64,000 nucleotides of DNA from Lama guanicoe (lineage: Eukaryota), in assembly GCA_013239625.1 (NCBI GenBank), contig MU055269.1:3163225-3227224 (forward strand). Reading direction: 5' to 3'. The position numbers and the translations under genes were made by a program. Positions within the stretch are counted from its first letter, which is position 1; every line of letters begins with the position of its first letter. Positions 1 to 10,100 of this stretch are shown here, piece by piece. A model generated the notes under the pieces. It was not told where the DNA came from and ran no database searches. It saw nothing but the letters and a program-made list of their open reading frames with translations.

Positions 1-582
1 CATCACTGGTACCCACAGTCATCACCTGGTGCCCACAGTTATCACCTGGTGCCCAACACTCATCACTGGTACCCACAGTCATCACCTGGTACCTATCAGT
101 CATCACTGGTACCCAAGTCATCACCTGGTACCTATCAGTCATCACTGGTACCCACAGTCATCACTGGTACCCACAGTCATCACTGGTGCCCACAGTCATC
201 ACCTGGTGCCCAGCAGTCATCACTGGTACCCAAGTCATCACCTGGTACCTATCAGTCATCACTGGTACCCACAGTCAGTCATCACTGTACCCACAGTCAT
301 CACTGGTGCCCACAGTCATCACCTGGTGCCCAGCAGTCATCACTGGTACCCAAGTCATCACCTGGTACCTATGTCATCACCAGTACCCAAGTCATCACCT
401 GGTACCTATCAGTCATCACTGGTACCCAAGTCATCACCTGGTACATATCAGTCATCACTGGTACCCACAGTCATCACTAGTGCCCACAGTCATCACTGGT
501 ACCCACAGTCAGTCATCACTGGTACCCACAGTCAGTCATCACCTGGTGCCAACAGTCATCACCTGGTGCCCACAGTCATCAG
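1..582. repeat. Minisatellite/VNTR with 18-21 bp variant units (AGTCATCAC(C)TGGT(A/G)CC(CAC/TATC)); truncated by the window start
   Basis: Directly visible tandem units; 181-240 is identical to 301-360, giving a 120-bp higher-order period. Confidence 0.97.
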
Positions 583-2327
583 TGGCTCAGAAACCAAAGG
601 CCCCACAGCTTTGGGAGCTTTCTCCCGGGAATGTTCTTCAGGATGAAATTTTGTCGGCATATACTGAAAATTTTAAAAACAAAAACCCAGCTTGCTAGGA
701 GCACCTTTTGTGAGCATTCTGTCTGAGCAGAGTCCAAATATATTTAAAACCCCAAATTCCATACATTTTACAAATTACTTTTTGTTGTTGTTGATGTGTG
801 TGCTTTTTTTTATTTTTGGTAATTCTGAAGCATGTGGTTCCCTCTATAGGGTTCTTCTAAATCTCAGTCCCTTCGGCTGCCAGAAATTAAAACAAAAAAA
901 CTGTATGACTCTCTTGTTCTGACCCCGAGGTTTCAAAAAGGAAACTACTGTTAACTGCAAATTATACTGAATAACTCACTTGCTGTGGGTTTTTCACTCA
1001 ATTCTAATTATTAATAATTACCCTAAAGTTCTGGAGCTGGGTGTAAAATGGAATATCCTTGTTCCTGCACACCAGAAGACCATGCCTCCCCCCCACCCCC
1101 ACTCCCGTGACCCTTCCTGAGAAAGAGTAAGGGGAGGGAACGGTTCGTGCCTCGCGTTATGAAACAAACACGTTCGCGGATGACTGTGCCAACTGTATCT
1201 TATTTTCAATCAGCAAGAAGAATAAAGCGGACCCGGCCACACATCCTTTGACACAGCACACGCTCTCCGTAAATAACCAGCCTTTAACTTACCTGGAAGT
1301 TTTTAACCGCATTTTTGGGTTTTAGGGAGTAGGCCAACTCTAAAATCAAGCGAGAATATTAGGCAGGAAGAGCCAGGGAACCTGCCTCCTGGGTCCAGGG
1401 GTGGCCCGGCCTTGAAACGTGGTGCCCGGGAGCCCTGGCACAGCTGGCCACTCGGAGCCACACCTGCGCCGTCGGAGCGTCACACAGGCCTGCCGACCGG
1501 CCCGTGCCACATCTCCATTGCTTAACTGAGGTCCGAAGACTGTCCTGATACCAGGACCCCTCCCAGCTTCCAACAATCACATCCTTTACGCAAGTGGATA
1601 CGTTCTGGTTCAGATTTGAATTCTACAAAAACATAAAACAAGGTAGAAGCCAGGTACACATTATTCCATTTTTAAAGTTGCTTCTCTGAGGGAGGAAACA
1701 GATGGGTTCACATTGATGGAATGTTGATGAAGCTTTACAGACCTGGGGGTTTTGCCTCTCTATTGTTTCTTTCTTCTTCCTTTTTTTAGGGGGTGGGGGG
1801 TGACTGATCTGAACCAATAAAGGAGGTGAGAGCCCAGTGGTCACCTCACAGCTCAGGAATTTGTGAAACCAGGACAGAGACTGTCCAGAGCAATGACAGC
1901 AGCACACGCACCGGTTCTGAGACCCTTCTGGGGACGGCTGGCGAAAAAGTCACCCTTAAAGGCCCGATCCTTCGGCGGGAAGCTGCCAGCCAGGTTCTGC
2001 GACCTCCGGGAAGCTATTTCGGGGACATACAATGAAAATCAATCGCGGCCTCTGATCGGCAGAATCCAAATTTATGAAATTCGTGGGGAAACAAAATTGG
2101 CAGAATTATTCTGCTGCAAACCCAGCTGAAATGCAAGGGGCGCTGAGATTTCTCCTCGTCTTCCCTCCCACTGCTACGGCGCTGTATTTAATTGACTTAC
2201 AATTTTTCCCCTAATATAATTCTTTATGAAACCTGCCTTGAGCGATGGACCCGTGACTGTTCACCGAGGGCTGTGCCTCATTTGTTCCCGTAGACTGTGC
2301 CTAATTAACGCTAACTTGTCTGTACAT

Positions 2328-2507
2328 NNNNNNNNNNNNNNNNNNNNNNNNNNNNNNNNNNNNNNNNNNNNNNNNNNNNNNNNNNNNNNNNNNNNNNNNN
2401 NNNNNNNNNNNNNNNNNNNNNNNNNNNNNNNNNNNNNNNNNNNNNNNNNNNNNNNNNNNNNNNNNNNNNNNNNNNNNNNNNNNNNNNNNNNNNNNNNNNN
2501 NNNNNNN
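2328..2507. other. N-run (180 nt), unknown sequence
   Basis: Seen directly. Confidence 1.
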
Positions 2508-3320
2508 ACCACGCATGCCTTAATTAGCTGTGTCATATCACTGACGATTTCTGGAAAAAGGCACGGTTTTGCAGATGAAATTGAATTATCTCGGTAGGTA
2601 TATTTTCAGCAGAATCTGTTCTTTTCTTGCTGAAAAACACCTTCCCGCCGCCGCGCCTGGGGGCCGCGGGCGCCGTCCCAGCGGCCTCACACCGGCCGGA
2701 GAGGAGGCGGGGCGGCCCCCACCCAGCGGGCAGGGGCCAGGAGGACATGGAGAGAAAGGAGTGGCTACCTCAGGGGAGATGTGCGTTTGTAGTGCCGGAA
2801 GCAAAAAGGCAGAGCTGCGGGCCCCCCAGCTCAGGAGTAAGGCCGCTCAGCAGGCAGCAGCCACCCCTCACCATGCCTTTCCTTACACCGAGGACAGCGG
2901 GGTCTCAAGACAGTGAGACAAGCTGCCGCAGGAAAGGTCCCACCTGATCCGGAGCTGAGCTCTCACCTGGGGCTGGTCCGACAGGACAGGTGAGTGGGTG
3001 GGAAGGGACCCCCAGGCACTCAGCCCATAGGTCAATTTGTTCAGGAGGACGGGGGGGGGGTGAGTGAGCTGTCCCTCCCAGGAAGGAGTGGCTGCTGGAG
3101 AAACGGGGTCTCCACCCTCCTCAGATGCCCAGGACCATCCGCAGCCTCAGCCCGCCCTCGCCTCCAGCAGCCCTTACGGAGAAGAGGGACTTCCAGATGC
3201 AGGTGGGTGAGGGGACCAGCCTGCACTGGGCAGCGAAGGGGCCCAGGTGTCAGTTCAGAAAGGAGGGTGCTGGGCCTCCACAGTGAGGTCACAGGCTGAC
3301 AGCATTACCCCTTACAGCTC

Positions 3321-3505
3321 TGTGACCTGGGCAGCGAGTGACCTGGGCAGAGAGTGACCTGGGAGTGACCTGGGAAGAGTGACCTGGACAGTGAGTGACT
3401 TGGGCAGCGAGTGACCTTGGACAGAGTGACCTAGACAGTGAGTGACATGGGCAGAGGGTGACCTGGGCTGAGAGTGACCTGGACAGTGAGTGACCCTGGA
3501 CAGTG
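3321..3505. repeat. Minisatellite, ~16 bp unit AGTGACCTGG(G/A)CAG(A/T/C)G, 12 copies
   Basis: TGACCT-type cores at 3323, 3339, 3355, 3366, 3380, 3396, 3412, 3427, 3443, 3459, 3475, 3491. Confidence 0.95.
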
Positions 3506-3689
3506 GCCAGGACTCCACCTAGGGTCCAGCTTCTCTCTCCTGGGTCTCCATCTTGTCTGGCTCTTCCTGCCACTCTCAGACACTCTGGACTTCTCCAGTT
3601 AGACACAGACGGCCTCCCTCCATCCTCCCTCACCACTCATGTCCAGGGCACCAGAGCCACCCTCCCCTCCCATCGTCAAGCTAAGGTTT

Positions 3690-4545
3690 GCTTTTCAAAC
3701 TTGACCTCCTTGCCTCTCCTCCCACGTGTTACACTGGGGAGCTGGCCCTCCTTTTCGTACCCTCTGCTCTGTGACTTCCCCGGGGACACCCCTTCCTGAC
3801 TCTCCACCACCAGGCCACCTGCTCAGTCTCCACCAAGGGCCACCCCCCGACTGCCTGTGGGCATCACTGCTGCTCTACACCCCGAATTCCAGGCTCTTCT
3901 GTGCTAATGTCCCCCAGGCACGTTTTCCAAGACCTCCCACAGGCCCTGCAGGCCCGGGCAGGACCTCCCCATGCCCAACCCACGCCTGGCCCCCGACAAA
4001 CAGCAAGAGCACCTTGGGGTCCCGGCAGGAGCTGGGGTCCCGGCGGCTGTCCCTCCCACACGTGCCCCCTCAACCAGGCTCCAGGTCCCACAGCCTCCGT
4101 CCTCTCTGTCTCTCCAACAGCCATGCCATGTTTTCCCCCTGCCCTTGCCTTCTACCCGCATGATGCACCCCAGTCCTGCTTCAATCAGGACCCACCTAAA
4201 ATGTAAGCTGATTAAATCCCACACCTGCCAGGCGTCCATCAGCAGCTCCTCACACCACTCAGGGTAAAGTTTAACCCCAGGAAGCCCCCTGCCCAGACCA
4301 CTGCCCACCCCTAGCTCACCCACACAAACCCTTTCCTCCTTGCCTCTGTCTTCACAGTGCTATGCCCTCTGCCTAAAATGTCTGTCCCCAAATTATTCAC
4401 CCAACTCCTACTCATCCTTCAAAACATAGCTCCAATGGTGCCCCTTTCAGAAAGACTCGCAGACCTCAAGTCTGACTCAGACGATGCTGTTTCTCCCAGA
4501 CAAGCCTGCAGAGGAAATCGCACTTTCACATTGTCACTTAGCTCC
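3690..4545 (+). mobile_element. Degraded LINE-2 (L2) fragment
   Basis: Pyrimidine-rich tract with L2 hallmarks: TTGACCTC..CTCAGTCTCC, CTAAAATGTAAGCTGAT, TGCTATGCCCTCTGCCTAAAATG..AACTCCTACTCATCCTTCAA; boundaries approximate. Confidence 0.7.
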
Positions 4546-4639
4546 TACAACACTAGGTGTGAATCAGTAAACTCTTTCTCTAAAATGTACTCTGGACTCA
4601 AAAGGATTTTCCCCAGGAACTAATAAGAAGGTAGCAAAT

Positions 4640-4790
4640 AGCCAGAAGACACGGTTTAAGTCCCAGTGCTGACAGTTACTCCCTGCCCTGCTGCACGCAG
4701 CCTCCAACCTTCTAGTCTCAGCTTTTTCGTGTGTAAATGGGGGTTGCAGTGTCTTCTCAGGACAGGGGAGATGGGCGATTTCCGCTATGT
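4640..4790 (+). mobile_element. MIR SINE (degraded)
   Basis: GGTTTAAGTCCCAGTGCTG..TTACT..GTCTCAGCTTTTTCGTGTGTAAATGGGG resembles the MIR core (CCTCAGTTTCCTCATCTGTAAAATGGGG). Confidence 0.6.
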
Positions 4791-6229
4791 TGGGGGGTCG
4801 TGCACCGTGTGACCTGAGTGCAAGGGGCCACACCTGCATCGTGTTCCAGGCACAGAGCAAGAAACCCAGTGGCCTCCCAGTGCCACCGCCTGCCCGGCTC
4901 CCACAGCAACCAGAGCCAGACCGCGAGCTGGGAACCAGAGAAAATCTGTTCTCCAATCCAGAGGCTGTCTGTGCACACGCTGTCTCCATTGCTCTGAAAG
5001 TGGCGTGGAAAGAGCCAGGCGTAGTCGTGCCAACCTGGGTCTGCAGCCGCCCGGTCCCCTGCAGACACGGCTCTCGTCCTGAGATGGGACCTGCTCAAGC
5101 TGGTCACCTGCACACGATCTAAAAGCATGAAAACAGGGAGCCAAAGCTAAAGTGGAAAAGCAGGAGCTCCCCGAGACCCTGGAACAATGCTAAACCTGTC
5201 TCCTGTGTCCAGAGGGACCCCCCCCCAGCAGGGGGGACCATCCCCCCGCTGGTTCCTTGACTTTGCTGCTGGTGTTCTTGGCTCAGGGGGCGGGACCACT
5301 GGACGCGCGGATGGACGTGAACGGCTCGGACCCAGGCGGCCCGTCCCACCTTCGGTCTCATCCGACTCACTCTGCCTTTTGTCCACCATTAGGTAAAAAC
5401 CAGAAACAGAGCTTGTCTGGGCGAAGACGGCAGAGGACGGCGTGGAGCATGACAACGTGAGCCTTATTTAGGCCCCTTCTGTTTACCTGCTCCTACTTAG
5501 CTGGGTGACCACAGGACGGTCCGCGGAGGGCGACAACCATCTCCCTCCGACACGGAGCCTTTTGAAAGCAGCGCTGCATAATTGTCCTGCAAAGCATTTG
5601 GGGAAGCCAGGCTGCTAATTAACCGCCAGTGCATCAATTAGTCATAGCAGCTGCGATAATACCAGACAGCGCTGTGGAGGCGCGTGCGCCGCGCGCCCTC
5701 GCCGGCGCCGGAGCTTTCCTTTTTCTAAGCTTTTGCCTTGGAGATTTAACAATTTATCCCTAATGAACCTGGCCTTTCTGTTTCTCCAGTACGTGGGGCA
5801 TTTAAATGACTGAAAGAAACGATGTTATTAACACCATTTTGCTTTAAAGAAAACTTTCAACGTTAAGAACCATATTTTGTGTGACTGTTTCCACACTCGG
5901 TTTCCAGAGGTGGACATTATCAGTGAGGCTCGAGAGGTGGGCGAAGACCGTGGTAAGTGGTCAGGGTGGGGATGAAAATACACGGACCTCACGTTCCTTT
6001 GGGTGGTGATCTGACAACATTTCATGAAAATGCAGTTCATCTCCTGTAAGATACATGAGCTGATGCAGCACGTAGGCCGTCTAGGAGTGAAGGTAATTCA
6101 CAGCAAAGCAGGACTGCTCGCAATAGCGCATGACTTCTCTACTGGGATAGGAGAAAAGTATACGTAAAAGTAAATCTATTGGCTGAAGCAAATTCCAAAT
6201 AATAAAAAAGCCTTGCAAGAGGGGACTCC

Positions 6230-7130
6230 AGCTGCCCACGCCCCCGGACGTGCTCTCACAAACGAGGGCTTGGCGCCCCACCTGGCCCCCGGGGGCGGAC
6301 TGGGCCGCGCGCTCCTCCAGGCCCCGCGCCTTCCCCTCCCCCCTTCCCGGCTTCTCTGGGACCCCCGGATGGTCCCTGAGAGCGCGGGGCCTCCGGACCC
6401 CGCACACAGCCCGCGCGCTCGCGTCGTGCAGAATCCCGCAGTCCCGTCCGTGGGCTGGCTTGCCGCGACGAGGGGGCCGGTGCTGGGGGGGACAGGGGCT
6501 GCGTCCCCCCCGGGGGCCCCTCCTCTTCCCCGCGTGGCTGACGCGGAGCATCGAGCCTGCGTCCGAGGCGAACAGAGACCCCGGCCCGGCTCACCCGCGC
6601 AGCGGCCGGGGGCACGTCCTCGGGAGCGCGCCCCACGCGGGCGCCCCGCCGGCCCCGCCCTGGGCTCCGCAGGGCTCCGTCTGCAAGGCGCTCTGGATCC
6701 TGGCAGGAAGCGCCCGCTGGCCCCCTGCCCGCCCCGTCACGCTGCCCGGCGGGCACCGACCTGCGTCAGCGCCGCGCCGCCCCGGGGGTGCACGCCAGGC
6801 GGGCCCCGCGCCGCGAGCTCGTGGCTGTGCGGGCGGGCGGGCGGCCTTTGTGTCTCAGCCACAGGTGTCGCCTGCGGATTCCGTGGATCAGCAGTCGTCT
6901 CGGCCTGGACCCCGGGTGCCCTGACCCACCTGCTGGCCGCGGTCTGGCGCAGAACAGGGGGCTCCAGCGCCGACCCTGAGGGTCTTCCTTGCAGAGAAAA
7001 CGCCAGAGGTAGGGCAGGCGGCTTCCAGGTCCCTTTAGAAAGCGAAATACTGTGACAGCCCTTCGGGTAAACAAGGCGGCCGCCTCCGTGAGGAGGGAAG
7101 CGAGGTGTGGGGGAGGGGCGGGTCTCACCC
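6230..7130. promoter_or_regulatory. CpG island / probable promoter
   Basis: Very high GC and dense CpG over ~900 bp; GC boxes (GGGCGG ~6293, GGCCCCGCCC 6651-6660, GGGGCGGG ~7115); sharp boundary with AT-rich DNA at ~6210. Confidence 0.8.
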
Positions 7131-10100
7131 ACGTGGCTGTCGGTTCTGGCTCCCTGTGGCCTGCGGCCCTTCACCCCGTGTTAAGCAGGTGGACACCCTC
7201 CCATTCTGTGGAGGGCACGGGGCGCACCGCCCAGGGGTGGGCGTCCCAGCACGGAGACACCCCCTTCCTGTCGGGTCTCAGCCTCGGGGAGCGGGCCCCC
7301 AAGGGACACACACATTCCCGCTCCTTGGCTTGTTGGCTCTGGGACCATCGCCCCTTCCATTTACAGCACATGGCATGGAAAAAGCCGTACGTCATCTTCC
7401 ACGCGTCCGTCTGCTCACGGCTCAGCCCCAGGGACCCTGGCCGCCCAGACGCTCAGGTAGCTGCACAGCTCTCCCGGGGAAAATCCGGGACAGTTCCATC
7501 TCCCAGCAGAAGTCGCCGGGACACCACCGATCTTTAAAATCCGAACATCTGGTCAGTCCCCTCCTCCCACATGGGTAAACAGAGCTGCGTTAATAAAGCC
7601 GTGTTTCAAACTGGTGAAGGCAGGTTGTTTTTGCGACTCAGGATGGCGCTGGGAGGATGTGCCGGCCCCGGGAAGGCCCGCGGGGCCATGGACGTCTGGG
7701 CTCATCGGTCCTTTTAAACAGCAAACCGCTTGTAGGGATGTTAAAGACTTCTTTTTTAAAACCAATGGCAAGACAGCCCTGGAGGTTCTGTTTCTCACTT
7801 TGTAAAAGGCAGGTTTCCTGAGGTTCTTGCATCGAGAGACAATTCAGTATTTTTTTTAGGCTTATGCAGTCATAATTGTAATTCCTATTTATCTACTGGG
7901 AATTGGGCTTTAGAAAAAATTAATATTTTGTTGGAAGAGGGGGCCAGGGGAGGGAGAAGAAGGTTTCCCTGGTTCACGAACCCAGCAGGTAAACTGCCAC
8001 TGCGTGACCACAAGGACTTCCCCTCCGGCTCCTCCTAGATGGAATCAGGGGTCCCCCCACCTTTCCAGACGGACACTTGCTGCTGGGTGTGACAGAACAA
8101 GGTTCACCCTCCCCGCACCCTGCAAAGCCTGGGCTCTTTGGCTCCAAGCTGTCGGTGTGTTTCCGTAAAACAGAAGGCCATTTCCAGCCGCTGACCACCC
8201 CAGCGCTGTGGTCCAGCCGTCCTACATGGCAGCATCGGGTAACCGCAGTGCCCGAGCACCCCGAGGGGCCCGTACTCCCGGTACTGGCACTCAGAGCCGG
8301 GGGACCACAGGACAAGACGTGCCCTTCCTGCTGAGCAGAGCGTGGCCATCGGGGCTCACCCGGCACAGACCCAGGACCACCTGCTGCCCGAGGATGCGTG
8401 GACAGCAGGGAGTAACTGCGGTGACCGCCATTTTACGTAAAACAGGCTTTGTCCTTTATGTTGAACTGGTGGCAGTTCTCAGGGTCCAACAGGGCAGCTC
8501 ATCCGAGCCTCATTTTCTTTTCTTTCCTCCTTACTCTCTTCGGCGCTCCCTGCTTTGGGAGGGGGCAGGCTGTTGACTGGGAAAGACATATTCACTGTTC
8601 GTCTCAGCAAACTCGGGCTGCCCGCGCCCGCTCCCGGTGCTGCCGAGAGCACCCAGGGGCACCTCCTGCCTCAAAGCTCACATTCACTGATTCTGACACT
8701 CCTGGTGTTCTTCTAGTTTAAAATGCATGTGGGTTGGATTTTGGACACTTTTTATACCCCCCTCTGGATTTGTGTTCTTGGTGCTGGAGGCATTGTCATC
8801 AAGATGGGGACACGTCTGACATCCCAGAACAGAGGTGGCCCACGGTGTCAGGGAAGGGTCCTACAGGGTCCTGAGGATACAGACAGCCTTGAACCCGATC
8901 AGCCCGCAGACCCGCCCTCCCTCCAGGCCTGAGTGTTCGCTCAGCACCCTCAGCTGAGGGGCGGCGTTGGGAGCAGGGGAGGAGGGGGCCGCCTCCTGTC
9001 CCCCAGCCCGCTCATCTGGGCCCACGCGAAGCCCACGCTCATGCGCGTGCACTCTAACAGGCGGGCTGGCAGGCTGTTTACTTAGTGTCTGTGGTAAACC
9101 GATTATAAAACCTGCATCTGAATAAATAAAATAAATAAACACACACCAATTTAAAAAAAACCCGATTCTTACTCTTGGGGAACCGTTTGGTCCATGTCGT
9201 CCTCACCACTGCGTTTTAGATTTTCTCCAGCGCATAGGCTCTGGTGAAATTTCTTTGAAAAGCCAAAAAAAAAAAAAAAAACCACACACTGTTTGGCAAT
9301 TTCATCACTCCAGGTGTGATTTAAAAAAAATCTTCCATTATTGTGTGTCATTTGGTTAAGTCTCCATCAAACCCTTTTCAAATTCAAAGCAGCCAACTCC
9401 ACAATAAGTAACCACAGCCCAGCATTAGGAATCACGGTTTTTTCTTAGAGTTAATTGAAACTGATGTGTTTTGAAATCATAGTGGGGGTTTCTCAAGAAA
9501 AGTGCTGCGTGTTATTCAACCTGGGAGCGCAGCGCAGGCCGGAGTCAGCACGCCTCGTGCCCGCGGTTGGTCCTGTTGGCACCAGCGAGCCCGGCGCTGC
9601 AGCCTCTCCCAGTGGGTAAATATTTAAATTACATGTGTGTCAGCGCACAGGCAACCTGAAAGGAACCTGTTCTTTCTCCTCCTGCCGTCCGCTGTGCCTT
9701 CTGAATGCAGCGCCAGGTCAGTGGAGACGCCTTTCCCTAATGACAGAGCAGGGGCCCTGGCGAGGCTAACCTCCCCCTCCCTCGCCTCAGGACTAGCTTC
9801 TCCAGGCCTGGTGGGGCGTCTCCAATTACCAGCATCGCAGCTTTGCCCAGGTTCAATGCTAAGAAGTAAATATTGGAATACTCAGTGGCAAGGATGCATG
9901 AGCGCAGAAGGTGCAGGTTTGTCTTGCTGGCCGGGTCCAGCCAGTGCCACTGTCTAGAGCTCCGTGCATGCCACACATTTTCCGCAATGATCGTCACATT
10001 CCTTTTTACCTTATTCTCATTCCACCACCCCTTCCGTTGTTTCTGGAGTTAATCCATGACATCCAAAGTGCGTCTGGGCTGCAAAACCCGCTGGGAAACC

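Noticed and set aside
1-582. CRISPR-like array or repeat-protein CDS (ORFs 29-646, 49-480, 186-698)
   Set aside because: Units are contiguous with no unique spacers and the context is mammalian; ORFs in all three frames arise because the unit lacks stop codons
5462-5472. CArG box (CCTTATTTAGG)
   Set aside because: Seven A/T bases between CC and GG rather than the canonical six
6213-7055. 280-aa and overlapping ORFs in the CpG island
   Set aside because: Open frames on both strands with Pro/Ala/Gly/Arg bias, a non-ATG start and no recognisable domain
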